Below are positions 37,670 to 47,787 of a DNA stretch of 64,000 nt, piece by piece. The stretch covers positions 34,763-98,762 of the forward strand of contig CAIPMU010000019.1 in assembly GCA_903866275.1 (NCBI GenBank), in the 5' to 3' direction. Both the position numbers and the translations under genes were made by a program. Position 1 is the first letter of the stretch. Every line of letters begins with the position of its first letter. Below the pieces are notes generated by a model. The model ran no database searches, was not told where the DNA came from, and was given only the letters and a program-made list of their open reading frames with translations. Origin of the DNA: Vampirovibrio chlorellavorus. GTDB taxonomy: Bacteria > Cyanobacteriota > Vampirovibrionia > Vampirovibrionales > Vampirovibrionaceae.

Positions 37670-38896
37670 TTACCAGATTCCAGCGGGCAGAAATAAGGCT
37701 TCCGGCTGTCGGGCTTGTGTGTCGATATTAATCGCTTGTTTGGAAGCGCCTGGTGGGCAATTCAGCGCACCATCACAGTCATCCGGGGGTTTGATATAAC
37801 GGTACTGATCGATTACGCGAGCGACCGTTGCAGGCACATGGTCGGTCGGGGCCGGGCCGGGTTGTACATCGCCCACGGCATCCAGCCAGGCGGGCGCGAT
37901 TAGAATATTTCGACGGCTATGATAGCTGTATTTTTCTTTCCCCGTCAGTCGACTCAAGGTACGAGACTTCCCAAAGAAGGGGCGAAAATGAATCTCTCCC
38001 CGAGCATCGGTATCCCAATGCCCAACCAGCCGACCTGCCGGGATTTCGTTATCAATTAATTGTCCGTTGGGCGCCAGATAATATTGCCGGGCATGCGTGG
38101 GGCCGCCGTTACGACTGGTATCCACCCGAACATCCAGCGGTGGCCGTGAGTGATCGTGATCCAGCAGCGGCAATAGGCCCGTCAGATAATGAAGCTCGCT
38201 GTGTTGCTGAGGGCTTTTGGCTTCGACAGGCTGCCGGTTGGAAATATTAGTCGCCACACCGTCGGCTTGCGCGATACCGGTCTCGTTTAATGCGATTGCG
38301 ATGCGTTGGCGGTCTTCCGGGCCGTAATCAAACCAGCCACTGTGCCCGGCATCGAGATAAACCCTGGCGCCCGCATGCTGATACAACGCAATGAGCGCGC
38401 GAATGGTTTGCACCCGCTGGGTGTAAATGGCCATCGATTCAGGGCTGTCCTGATGATCGCTGCGATATTGCACCGCCAGCGACAGGCTGTCCGGTTCAAG
38501 ATAGATCGCCGGATGCAACCCGGTTTGACGCACAAATGTCTCTATCAGCGTTGCATTCAACCGGTTATCCGCCAGATAATCGGCGTAATTGGCAAACCCA
38601 CCCTCGGACGCCTGCCCGAGATCTCGCTGAGGAATGGCGTAAATTACCAATTCCGGAATTTGCCGGGCATTCTGGGCCGCCTTGAGGACCCGACTGAGGG
38701 CCTTCTGGTTATCGCCCACATGGTCAAACTGATCCAGCCAGACCGCATGCGGTTGACCGTATAATTTCACACTATTACTCCAGGTCGGGACAAAAATTGG
38801 GTTTGTTTTTGGCAACTGACTCCACCCCCAGCCACAGGCCACAATCAGGATGACCAAACTGAACAGCATTACCAAGGGCTTCATGCGGCGATGCAT
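37670..38896 (-). CDS. Glycoside hydrolase family 6 (cellulase-like) with N-terminal anchor/signal
   Basis: 'VIYAIPQRD', 'YLEPDSL', 'VYLDAGHSGW', 'GVATNISN', 'VDTSRNG', 'IKPPDDCDG'. Confidence 0.82.
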   Translation of the reverse strand: MHRRMKPLVMLFSLVILIVACGWGWSQLPKTNPIFVPTWSNSVKLYGQPHAVWLDQFDHVGDNQKALSRVLKAAQNARQIPELVIYAIPQRDLGQASEGGFANYADYLADNRLNATLIETFVRQTGLHPAIYLEPDSLSLAVQYRSDHQDSPESMAIYTQRVQTIRALIALYQHAGARVYLDAGHSGWFDYGPEDRQRIAIALNETGIAQADGVATNISNRQPVEAKSPQQHSELHYLTGLLPLLDHDHSRPPLDVRVDTSRNGGPTHARQYYLAPNGQLIDNEIPAGRLVGHWDTDARGEIHFRPFFGKSRTLSRLTGKEKYSYHSRRNILIAPAWLDAVGDVQPGPAPTDHVPATVARVIDQYRYIKPPDDCDGALNCPPGASKQAINIDTQARQPEALFLPAGIW

Positions 38897-39354
38897 TAGC
38901 CCATCATCAATTTATAGTGAAACACGTAGGCCGTGGTCATTCCCAAAAACGCGCCCACAATGACCTCAAAGGGCGTATGGCCCAGCAATTCCCGCAACCT
39001 GTCCGGCACATGCCCGTCGCGGTTCATGTAAATATCCGAGGTGAGCTGGTTGAGAATCCCGGCCATTTTGCCCGCCGCGCGGCGCAATCCGGCGGCATCG
39101 TACATCACGATCACTGCAAAGCCCAACGCCACCGCGAATACCGTGGAATTAAAGCCGTCGATCAGGCCCACGCTGGTGGCAATCCCCGCAACCAGTGCGC
39201 TATGCGAACTGGGCATACCGCCGGTGTGCACCAGCGTTCGAAAATTCACCGGTTTGCCGATGATCAGATAAATGATGCACTTGAACACCTGGGCGCTAAA
39301 GGCCGCCGTGGCGCTGGAGGCTATGACTTCAAGACTGGTTCCGGCAATGGTCAT
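38896..39354 (-). CDS. Divergent PAP2 family protein (DUF212)
   Basis: 'GGMPSSHSA', 'VMYDAAGLRRAAG', 'LRELLGHTPFEV'. Confidence 0.93.
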   Translation of the reverse strand: MTIAGTSLEVIASSATAAFSAQVFKCIIYLIIGKPVNFRTLVHTGGMPSSHSALVAGIATSVGLIDGFNSTVFAVALGFAVIVMYDAAGLRRAAGKMAGILNQLTSDIYMNRDGHVPDRLRELLGHTPFEVIVGAFLGMTTAYVFHYKLMMG

Positions 39355-39375
39355 CAGTGGTTTCCAAAATTAATG

Positions 39376-40413
39376 TTATTTAATGCGATTTGAAATAAAG
39401 CCCACCAGGGCCTTCAGGGCCATTGGGTTGTAATCGGCGGGCATCCCCTCGGTTTGTTCCAACAGTGCGAGCGATTCCTCAGTGAGCTGTGCCACTTGCG
39501 CGCGCGAGGCCTCCTCCCCAAAGAAAGCCGGATAAGTGGCTTTCTGCTGAATTTGATCTTTGCCAGCGGTCTTGCCCAGGGCTTCCGAAGTCGAGCCAAT
39601 GTCCAGCAGATCGTCCACAATCTGGAACGCCAGACCCAGCTTTTGACCCAGCAGGGTAAATCGCTCCACCACCGCAGAGGAAGCCCCGGCCAGCATGGCC
39701 CCGGCTCGCAAGGAAAACTGGAACAACGCCCCCGTTTTGTACGTGTGAATGTACTCTAAAATTTCCCGGGTAAACGGTTGCCCCTCATGCTGAATATCCA
39801 CAAACTGGCCATTCACGAGCCCCCGCACACTGGTCACATCCGAAAAATCCCCCAGTACTTGCAATAAAACCTCAGCGGAAAGCGGTGCAGTCAGTGGTGT
39901 TTCCTTGGAAATCAGGCCAAACGCCAGTGCAATCAGCGCATCGCCAGCCAGCACCGCTGTGGATTCTCCGTAAGCCTTATGTAGGCTGGGTTTCCCTCGA
40001 CGCAGATCGTCGTTGTCCATACAGGGTAAGTCATCATGAATCAGGCTTTGGGCATGCACCAGTTCAATCGCGCAAGCGGTGGGCAAAATATGCTCCAGTT
40101 GGCCGCCACAAGCCTTGCACGCCTCCAGCGCCAACACTGAGCGAATGCGCTTGCCGCCATCCAGCGTGCCATAACGCATGGCCTCCCAAAGTCCCGACGC
40201 CTCCGGTGATGCATCGTAGGCGTCCTTGTTCAGGTAGCGCTCCAAATGAATCTGAACGGCCCGCATCGAGGCTGCAAAACGGGTTTCGTAATCGGGGGCA
40301 TCTGCCGATTGCGACGAGTCAGCCTGTACAGACGCATCCAAAGGATTCGAGGACAGGACAGACGCAGGAATATCCGAAGCGGGCGAGGGAGCGTAAGTCA
40401 TCATAAAGCTCAT
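39376..40413 (-). CDS. Polyprenyl (farnesyl/geranylgeranyl) diphosphate synthase, IspA/CrtE family; start 40413-40401
   Basis: 'GGKRIR', 'SLIHDDLPCMDNDDLRRGKP', 'KTGALF', 'FQIVDDLLD', 'GKTAGKD'. Confidence 0.93.
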   Translation of the reverse strand: MSFMMTYAPSPASDIPASVLSSNPLDASVQADSSQSADAPDYETRFAASMRAVQIHLERYLNKDAYDASPEASGLWEAMRYGTLDGGKRIRSVLALEACKACGGQLEHILPTACAIELVHAQSLIHDDLPCMDNDDLRRGKPSLHKAYGESTAVLAGDALIALAFGLISKETPLTAPLSAEVLLQVLGDFSDVTSVRGLVNGQFVDIQHEGQPFTREILEYIHTYKTGALFQFSLRAGAMLAGASSAVVERFTLLGQKLGLAFQIVDDLLDIGSTSEALGKTAGKDQIQQKATYPAFFGEEASRAQVAQLTEESLALLEQTEGMPADYNPMALKALVGFISNRIK

Positions 40414-40503
40414 TATACCGGCATGGACGGCTGGACAACAAGAGCGCCGCTGGCGTGAATCCACTTGAACACCGGCAGAACATCCTGCGCCCGAAGAAAA
40501 AGA

Positions 40504-41604
40504 TTACTCGATGGCATCGCCGTCTTCCAGTTCCAGCAGGCGTACCTGTTGCTTCTGAGTCCGTCGAGAGGCGTCCCGGTTCTTTTCCTTGAGCCTGAGA
40601 ATCTGGAGAGCCTCCTTGCCCTTGCGATCCAGTTGCTTGTAGCCAAATTCCTGCTTTTGGCTACTGACCGCCGCCTCCTCTTTATAGGCTCGCGCTTCCA
40701 CCAGAATATCCAGATAACTCTGATAGCGGCTGTCGGCAATGCAATCCCGATGCTTGAGCACGGCGCAGCCCTCTTCATCCACATGCAGACAATCGGTAAA
40801 GGCACAATCCGCCTTGTACGCCTGAAAATCCCGAAAGAGCCCTGCCACCTGGGTGGGCAGCACCGTGTTAAATTTCAGGTTGCTAAAGCCCGGAGTATCA
40901 GCGATCAGGGACTCCGCATCATCCGCATTCAGGGCGAGCAGCTCCACATGCCGGGTCGTGTGCGCTCCTCGGGCAATCTTGGCCGAGACTTCACCCACCC
41001 GAAGCTGGAAATTGGGATTAATCCGGTTCAACAGGGAAGACTTTCCGCTGCCGCTAGGGCCTGCCAGCACCGTAATCTTCCCCTGAATAATGGCTAGCAG
41101 GGGATTCAGGCTATCCGGCTGGCGGACCGAAGTGAAATAGGTACGATAACCCAGCTGATCCTGATATAAAGATTGAATTTGCTCAAGTTCCGCTTCACTT
41201 TGCGCCAGATCGGCCTTGCTGACGCATAACACCGGTTCCAGTCCGGCCAGTTCAACGTGCGTGAGATAACGATCCATCTGGTTAATGTCAAACAAGGGCT
41301 CTCGCAGGGAGTAGACCACGATCACCTGATCCACGTTGGCCAGCTTGGGCCGACTGATGGTGTTCTTGCGATCCACAACCCGCTGCACCCGTGCGGTTTT
41401 AGTGACTTCGTTGATGCTATCCAGCACCACAAAGTCTCCCACCAGAACATCTTGCCCTTCTTTTTTCAGCAAACCCCGCAAGGCGCACTCGTAAAGCACC
41501 CCTTCCGACTCTACGTAGTAAAAGTTGGAGTGATACTTGAGTAGACGTCCCACCCGCTCGGCGGCGGTATCGATTGACTGGTTATCGAGTGGCTTGTCGC
41601 TCAT
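40504..41604 (-). CDS. rsgA: Ribosome small subunit-dependent GTPase A
   Basis: OB domain 'LVGDFV', 'SKADL', 'GPSGSGKSSL', 'RGAHTTRH', 'DTPGF', Zn site 'CAFTDCLHVDEEGC'. Confidence 0.95.
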   Translation of the reverse strand: MSDKPLDNQSIDTAAERVGRLLKYHSNFYYVESEGVLYECALRGLLKKEGQDVLVGDFVVLDSINEVTKTARVQRVVDRKNTISRPKLANVDQVIVVYSLREPLFDINQMDRYLTHVELAGLEPVLCVSKADLAQSEAELEQIQSLYQDQLGYRTYFTSVRQPDSLNPLLAIIQGKITVLAGPSGSGKSSLLNRINPNFQLRVGEVSAKIARGAHTTRHVELLALNADDAESLIADTPGFSNLKFNTVLPTQVAGLFRDFQAYKADCAFTDCLHVDEEGCAVLKHRDCIADSRYQSYLDILVEARAYKEEAAVSSQKQEFGYKQLDRKGKEALQILRLKEKNRDASRRTQKQQVRLLELEDGDAIE

Positions 41605-42463
41605 CGCGGGCGGCCTCCCAATGGTTAGCATTCTGAATAATCTGTGCAAAGCGGGTGAGCGCCTCGTGATGTGTCGGGTTTAGCCGGTAAGAGAGGCAAT
41701 GCCGGTAGTAGCGCTCCAGGGTACCCACAGACAGATGGCTTCGGCGTTGCGCCGCATTCAACCCCGCCTGAAAACGGTTGTTGTCGCTAAAAAACGCATC
41801 TCGCGCCGCACAGAGTGACTGATTGATGGCTTGCAGGCGCTCAGGGTGCTGCATGGCCCATTGACGATTGGCGACCCACACCGCAAACACAAACGGAAGC
41901 CCGTGCCGCTCTCGCCAAAGAGAAGACAGGTCATAACAGTGCCATGCCTCACCGCTTTGCGATAGGCTTTCCTTCATCATCAGGGCATTATCCCCGATAA
42001 TCAGGGCATTTCCAGTCTCCGCCAACACAGATTGATAGTCTGCGGCTTCGTAAATCCGGAACCACGGGCGCAGATCCTGCCCAGTGGCTTCTCGCAACAG
42101 GTAAGCCAGCAGCATCACCGAGGTTTCGGAATCGTTGGGCACGCTGATGATCGGCAGATCCAGCAAGCCTGCTCCGAGGGGTTCCCGGCTTAAAAACAGG
42201 ACACTTTCCACGGCGCCGGGCGAACTCACCGAGAGATCGTCCAGCAGGACCAGTTGATCCTGATGACGCAGGTAGCAGGCGCTGGACACCGGCGAAATCT
42301 CCAGCTCGCCAGCCAGAATGCGGGCGTTGAGCCGGGCGGGGACGTCGTAAATCAGAGACAACTCATCATCCGGCTGAAAGGCCGAATAGATGGGAACCGT
42401 GTTCACAAAGGAAATGGCCCCCAGCCGAACGGCGGGAAGAGTGCTAGACGAGCTGTTCGTCAT
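41582..42463 (-). CDS. mqnA: Chorismate dehydratase (futalosine pathway)
   Basis: 'RLGAISFVNTVPI', 'GAVESVLF', 'SETSVML', 'LIIGDNAL', 'GLPFVFAVW'. Confidence 0.9.
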   Translation of the reverse strand: MTNSSSSTLPAVRLGAISFVNTVPIYSAFQPDDELSLIYDVPARLNARILAGELEISPVSSACYLRHQDQLVLLDDLSVSSPGAVESVLFLSREPLGAGLLDLPIISVPNDSETSVMLLAYLLREATGQDLRPWFRIYEAADYQSVLAETGNALIIGDNALMMKESLSQSGEAWHCYDLSSLWRERHGLPFVFAVWVANRQWAMQHPERLQAINQSLCAARDAFFSDNNRFQAGLNAAQRRSHLSVGTLERYYRHCLSYRLNPTHHEALTRFAQIIQNANHWEAARDERQATR

Positions 42464-43589
42464 ACACGCGGATGATATTGTAGACGGTATCCCGTTCTAC
42501 CGGGATTTTACCAGCCTTGCGAATCATATTCACCAGCTCGGCCTGAGTCATCGCTTCAGAGGCCTCCGTGCCGGCGGCGTGAGCGATTTTTTCCTGCACC
42601 ACGGTACCGTCAATGTCATCCACCCCGAAGCTCAGGCTGACTTGCGAGATTTTCTCGCCGATATGAATCCAGAATGACTTGATATGCGGCACGTTATCCA
42701 GCAAAATGCGGCTGATGGCAAAGTTTTTCAGGTTTTCCACGCCGGTCAGGGCATTTTTGGCATCAATGGCATTGTTGTCGTAGTAGCAGTTCAGCGGAAT
42801 GAAGGTCATGAAGCCACCGGTTTTGTCCTGCTGTTCGCGGATGGCCAGAATGTGATCGATGCGTTCTTCCGGAGTTTCGCCCAGTCCGGCCAACAGGGTG
42901 GCGTTGCTCTGCATGCCCATCTGGTGCGCCAAGCCGTGAATCCGCAACCACTCCGAGGCGGGGATTTTATCCACGCAGACCAGTTCGCGTACGCGCTCGG
43001 CGAACACTTCTGCACCACCGCCGGGCAAGGAGCCCAGACCAGCCTCTTTTAAAACGGCCAAGGTTTCTTCCACCGGAATACCTTCCAGCTTGGACAGATA
43101 GTCCAGTTCTACGGCGGTGAGGCCCTTGATGTGCACCTTAGGGAAGTGCTGCTTTAATGCTTTGAAGAGATCACGGTAGTAAGCGAGTCCCTGTTCCTTG
43201 TAAAGCCCGGAAACAATATGGAACTCCGAGAGTTGATCCTTCATGGGATAGTCATTGACCTGTTTAATGACATCATCCACGCTCATCACATAGGCAAACG
43301 GGGAGCCGGGGCCTTTTTTGAAGGAGCAAAACTTGCAATGCGCCTCGCAGATGTTGGTCGGGTTAATGTGGAAGTTATGCACCCAGTAGACGTAATCCCG
43401 AACTTCGGGCGGGGTACGTAACACGCGCGCGGTATCGGCCAAAATGCCAATGGCCAGCAAGTCATCGGATTCATAAATGGTCACGGCGTCTTCGCGGGTG
43501 ATGCGCTCACCGGCCACAATCTTGTGGTAAAACGCGCTCAGCGGGTGTGACGAGCGAGTGATATATTCTTCAACCAATGCGGGCGCCAT
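42444..43589 (-). CDS. mqnE: Aminofutalosine synthase (radical SAM)
   Basis: 'NPTNICEAHCKFCSF', 'HIKGLTAVE', 'PGGGAEVF', 'PHIKSFW', 'DDIDGTVVQEKIAHAAG'; adjacent to mqnA. Confidence 0.85.
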   Translation of the reverse strand: MAPALVEEYITRSSHPLSAFYHKIVAGERITREDAVTIYESDDLLAIGILADTARVLRTPPEVRDYVYWVHNFHINPTNICEAHCKFCSFKKGPGSPFAYVMSVDDVIKQVNDYPMKDQLSEFHIVSGLYKEQGLAYYRDLFKALKQHFPKVHIKGLTAVELDYLSKLEGIPVEETLAVLKEAGLGSLPGGGAEVFAERVRELVCVDKIPASEWLRIHGLAHQMGMQSNATLLAGLGETPEERIDHILAIREQQDKTGGFMTFIPLNCYYDNNAIDAKNALTGVENLKNFAISRILLDNVPHIKSFWIHIGEKISQVSLSFGVDDIDGTVVQEKIAHAAGTEASEAMTQAELVNMIRKAGKIPVERDTVYNIIRVYDEQLV

Positions 43590-43845
43590 GACAAAATCCT
43601 CTTTTTCATCTCGCGGGGACTGCGGGTACAGAGCGGAGCGGTACCGGGCCAGTGAACCTGATGCCACGGTTCCTTATTTGACCCTATCTTCTAATAAATG
43701 TGCCATCCCTGCAAGCTGAGAACAAGCGCGGCCTCTGAAAAACTTCGCTCCAGGGTTCGCCCGACAGAAGTATCGAGTAAGACCAGCTTACAGAGGCATT
43801 ACTCTTGTCGCCCAATATCAGCCGTAGTTCCAGTTTCAAGAGGCG

Positions 43846-44919
43846 TTAAACCACCTGAATTTCCGAGTGATCGGCAAGCAGAAATTTATGGCTCTCCTGA
43901 GTATCGGGGGATTTGATGATGCGACAGCCCCGGCCCAGCAAGCTTTCTTCAATGCAGCCCGGCACAGCCTCGATGTGGCACTCTTCCAGAATCACGCTGT
44001 TCTCAATCTGGCAGTCTTTCAGCACGCAACCATCGCCCACGCTGGTGAAGGGTCCAATGGTGGCATTTTCAATGCGGCAATCCTTGCCGATTATGACAGG
44101 ACCGGTAATATGGGAGCCAATCACCACGGCACCCGCTTCCACGTGGATACGCCCCTCCAGCCGGGAGGCTTCATCTACGTCGCCCTTAATCTCATAGTTC
44201 AGATACTGATTCAGCACCACATGATTGGCAGCCAGCAAGTCATCTTTTTTGCCGGTATCCAGCCACCAGCCGGGATGAATGCGGGAGTGTACCACCGCAT
44301 TGTCATCAATCAGGCGCTGAATGGCGTCCGTGATTTCCAGCTCGCCCCGCCAGCTGGGCTGAATACGGTCAATGGCGTTAAAAATGCTAGATTTGAAGAG
44401 GTAAACCCCCACCAGCGCCAAATCGGATTTTGGCACTTTGGGCTTTTCCACCAGTCGAATCACCTGGCCCAGACTGTCCAGCTCGGCGACCCCGAAGGAA
44501 GAGGGGTTAGGCACCTGTTTCAGCAAGATGGAAGCATCGTATCCGGCGGATTGAAAAGCCGCGATATGGCCACCCAGGTCCGCGTTAATGAGGTTATCCC
44601 CCAGGTACATAATGAAATCGGAGTCTTCCAGATAGGGCTTGGCGATACGCACCGCATGGGCCAGCCCGGCGGGTTCATCCTGCGGGATAAAAGTCAGGCG
44701 CGCGTCATCCTTGAGCCACTGGTGCAACGAGAGTTTAATGGCCTCACCGGTTTCCGGGCTAATAATGATCCCGAAATCCCGAATTCCAGCCTGATATAGG
44801 CTATCCATCGCATAATGCAGAATGGGCTTGTTGGCCACGGGCACCAGTTGCTTGGCCATCGCATAGGTCAGCGGGCGCAGTCGGGTACCCTTGCCGCCAG
44901 CCAGAATTAACGCTTTCAT
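43846..44919 (-). CDS. Glucose-1-phosphate thymidylyltransferase (long form)
   Basis: 'KALILAGGKGTRLRPLT...KQLVPVANKP', 'YLGDN', 'LVEKP', 'RGELEITDA'; C-terminal hexapeptide region. Confidence 0.92.
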   Translation of the reverse strand: MKALILAGGKGTRLRPLTYAMAKQLVPVANKPILHYAMDSLYQAGIRDFGIIISPETGEAIKLSLHQWLKDDARLTFIPQDEPAGLAHAVRIAKPYLEDSDFIMYLGDNLINADLGGHIAAFQSAGYDASILLKQVPNPSSFGVAELDSLGQVIRLVEKPKVPKSDLALVGVYLFKSSIFNAIDRIQPSWRGELEITDAIQRLIDDNAVVHSRIHPGWWLDTGKKDDLLAANHVVLNQYLNYEIKGDVDEASRLEGRIHVEAGAVVIGSHITGPVIIGKDCRIENATIGPFTSVGDGCVLKDCQIENSVILEECHIEAVPGCIEESLLGRGCRIIKSPDTQESHKFLLADHSEIQVV

Positions 44920-45893
44920 CTCAGTCCTTCCAGATTGTGCGGGCATGGGCCGCTAATTCCTCGTAAAAAATCCCTCACCGCAACGACATGCACCTTGGCG
45001 GAAATCCGACGTTCCGGATCTTTGTTCAGTCGAGATTTTACAACAGACCGGAGCACTCTGAACATCGCATAGGCCAAAATGGTCATTTTTTGCAGGGGAT
45101 GAGCGTACATCATCAACAGCCGCAACCGGTTCCGCTGGTAATAGTACTGGGTGGGCAAGCTGGTTCGCCCCGTGGTTGCACCCTCGTGGTGATAGACAAT
45201 CGATTGGGTCGCCAAACTCAGTGGAAAACCCGCTTTGGCATAACGAATAGAGGCCTCTCCATCTTCAAAGTAGAGAAAAAACGACTCGTTCAACAGCCCC
45301 GCAAGTAGAATCGCTCTGAGCGGAATCAGCATACTGGCCCCTACCAGGGTTTCCACGGTCATCCCGTCTCTCACACTGGCTTCCGAATACCCTTTGGTGC
45401 CGCCGTTCCACCAGTTGATGCGGGTGCCTACCTGCTGATACCGGCCATCCGGATAGAGCAGAAGCGATCCCGCAATGCCGCCGGTGCGTTGTGCCTGTTG
45501 CACCAGATGGGTCAGGGCGGCGGGGTCAACAGTGGTGTCATTGTTGAGTAGCCAGATGTAAGAATCTGGCCGCGTTTGAGAATCCGATGGGGATGGTTTG
45601 CCCTGCTGGACCAACGCAGCCCGAATCCCCAGATTGTTACCGCCACTAAACCCCAGATTCACAGGAGACTCAATGAGCTGAAACGCTTCCGGATGCTCCT
45701 GCAATCTGGCTTTGAGCTGGGTCACTGAGTCGTCGGGCGAGGCATTGTCAATCACGATGATCTGATAATTCGCGTAATCCAGCCCACGCAAGGAATCCAG
45801 ACAGGCGATCGTGTGAGACACGCCTTTATAATTGAGTAAAAGGATATAAACCAATGGGGTCTCCCCGGTGGGGTCTGTTTGTTCTGGGGTCAT
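44916..45893 (-). CDS. Glycosyltransferase family 2; start 45893 or 45911
   Basis: 'VIDNASPDDS', 'NLGFSGGNN', 'WLLNNDT', 'FFLYFED'. Confidence 0.9.
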   Translation of the reverse strand: MTPEQTDPTGETPLVYILLLNYKGVSHTIACLDSLRGLDYANYQIIVIDNASPDDSVTQLKARLQEHPEAFQLIESPVNLGFSGGNNLGIRAALVQQGKPSPSDSQTRPDSYIWLLNNDTTVDPAALTHLVQQAQRTGGIAGSLLLYPDGRYQQVGTRINWWNGGTKGYSEASVRDGMTVETLVGASMLIPLRAILLAGLLNESFFLYFEDGEASIRYAKAGFPLSLATQSIVYHHEGATTGRTSLPTQYYYQRNRLRLLMMYAHPLQKMTILAYAMFRVLRSVVKSRLNKDPERRISAKVHVVAVRDFLRGISGPCPHNLEGLR

Positions 45894-45974
45894 GGGAAGT
45901 CCTTGCGGCATGGCACACGCCTTCAGCCTTGCGTCTTGAACGTTGAATCGGCGCAATCCGGGGCAACCGAAAGG

Positions 45975-46181
45975 CTAGCCTTGCGCCGCCTGATTCAAGT
46001 CCTTAAGCAGGCTGGCGAGATCCAGTTGATGCACCTTGCTGGTGGCGAACAGGTTTTCGTGAGCCAGGGCCTTGTAACCTTCTACAAACAAACCGTAACG
46101 GGAAAAGACCGACTGGGTTTGCGGATATTGGGCCACGATTTCGGGAATGCTCATCTCCTGAGTAATGGGGGCGTTGCTCAT
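45975..46181 (-). CDS. DUF1858-like small protein lacking the usual CxxC
   Basis: 'ITQEMSIPEIVAQYPQTQSVFSRYG...ENL...VHQLDLASLLKDLN'. Confidence 0.75.
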   Translation of the reverse strand: MSNAPITQEMSIPEIVAQYPQTQSVFSRYGLFVEGYKALAHENLFATSKVHQLDLASLLKDLNQAAQG

Positions 46182-46186
46182 CCGGG

Positions 46187-47683
46187 TTAATCCTCTATGA
46201 ACTCATATTCTCGTTCGCGCGTATAGCCTGATGCTTTGACTGGAACAGCAGGGCCGGGCTGATTGCTCGGGTCGAAGCAGGCCTTGATCGCATCCGCGAT
46301 GGTGCTGACCTGAAACGATTTCAGCTTGCTGGGCGCAGGCGAGCCTTTGGCCGCGGAAGCCTTGGCCAGATCCATCTGCGGCAGCAACATGCGCTTGAAT
46401 CCGATTCGCTCGGCTTCCTGCAGGCGGTTCAGGGCTTGCCGCACCGGGCGGATTTCGCCGGTCAGGCCAATTTCGCCCGTCACCACGGTGCCGGGAATGA
46501 CCGATAAATTACGCACACTGCTGATGATCGCCACGGCCACGGCCAGATCGGCGGCAGGTTCGTCAATACGCAGGCCACCGACTACGTTCACATACACGTC
46601 CTGCCGGGAGAAATCGAGGCCCAGACGTCGCTCCAGCACGGCCACAATCTGGTGCAGCCGGTTGAACTCCACCCCATTGCCCACCCGGCGCGGGGTGGAA
46701 TAGGCCGATTGCCCGACCAGCGCCTGAATTTCTACCAGAATGGGCCGACTGCCCTCAATGGTGGCGGCCACCACGCTCCCCGGCAAGTTACCGGCGTTGC
46801 CGAGCATACTTTGGGAGAGAAACAACTCACTGGGGTTGCTGATTTCCTTGAGTCCGCCCTCGGCCATCTCGAAGACGCCAATTTCTTGCGTACTGCCAAA
46901 GCGGTTTTTGACCGTGCGCAGGATGCGGAGGTTCTGGTACTTGTCGCCCTCAAAATACAGGACGGCGTCTACCGTGTGTTCCAATAACTTGGGACCGGAC
47001 ACCACGCCTTCCTTGGTCACATGGCCTACCAGAAAAATGGGCACATTCAAGGTTTTGGCGGCATCCATCAAAATGGCCGCGCACTCTTTAATCTGGCTAA
47101 CGCTGCCGGGGGTCCCGCTGACATCCGGGCAGTACATGGCCTGAATACTGTCGATCACCACCAAATCGGGGGTGGCCGCCTTAATGACTTCCAGAACCTG
47201 ATGAATATTGGTCACAGCCAGCACAGAAATCGTTTCCGTGGCCAATTGCAGGCGTTCAGCGCGCATTTTAATCTGGAAGGGCGATTCTTCTCCGGCGACA
47301 TACAGCACCAACTTGCCCTGCTGCCCCACGGCTGAGGCCATTTGCAGCATGAGCGTGGACTTCCCGATACCGGGATCGCCCCCAATCAGCACATAGCCAC
47401 CGGGCATGATGCCGCCGCCCAGCACCCGATCCAGTTCCGGGAAGCCTGAGCCAAACTGGGCCGTGTGCTCCATTTCCACTTCAGAGAGTCGGACGATGGC
47501 GCTTTTGGGGTTCATGCCCGCAGGCGCCGAGAGCCCTCGTGTCCGCACGGTATCTGTTTTGGGCTTGATGCTAATTTGCTCGCTCAAGGAGTTCCAGCTT
47601 TGGCACTCCGGGCAGCGCCCCAGATAGGACGGCGCGGTGTACCCGCACGACTCGCATAAAAACGTCACTTTATTCTTGACCAT
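46187..47683 (-). CDS. radA: DNA repair protein RadA/Sms
   Basis: Zn finger 'CESCG...CPEC', 'GGDPGIGKSTL', 'KNRFG', Lon-like C-terminal 'GEIGLTGEIR'. Confidence 0.97.
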   Translation of the reverse strand: MVKNKVTFLCESCGYTAPSYLGRCPECQSWNSLSEQISIKPKTDTVRTRGLSAPAGMNPKSAIVRLSEVEMEHTAQFGSGFPELDRVLGGGIMPGGYVLIGGDPGIGKSTLMLQMASAVGQQGKLVLYVAGEESPFQIKMRAERLQLATETISVLAVTNIHQVLEVIKAATPDLVVIDSIQAMYCPDVSGTPGSVSQIKECAAILMDAAKTLNVPIFLVGHVTKEGVVSGPKLLEHTVDAVLYFEGDKYQNLRILRTVKNRFGSTQEIGVFEMAEGGLKEISNPSELFLSQSMLGNAGNLPGSVVAATIEGSRPILVEIQALVGQSAYSTPRRVGNGVEFNRLHQIVAVLERRLGLDFSRQDVYVNVVGGLRIDEPAADLAVAVAIISSVRNLSVIPGTVVTGEIGLTGEIRPVRQALNRLQEAERIGFKRMLLPQMDLAKASAAKGSPAPSKLKSFQVSTIADAIKACFDPSNQPGPAVPVKASGYTREREYEFIED

Positions 47684-47787
47684 AGCCCCTATTATACCCA
47701 CGAACGCTTGGAATCGCCATTCGAGGTCAAGCCCATGTCACCGGGAGCAATCCCGAAGTCATGACTCCTGAATCACGATGGGCCAAC

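Noticed and set aside
43590-43680. SAM-I riboswitch-like fragments (ATCAG, CTGGCCC, CCGCAG...GAGATGA) upstream of mqnE
   Set aside because: The GAGGGA kink-turn segment and the GCAACC...GGTGC P3 core are missing.
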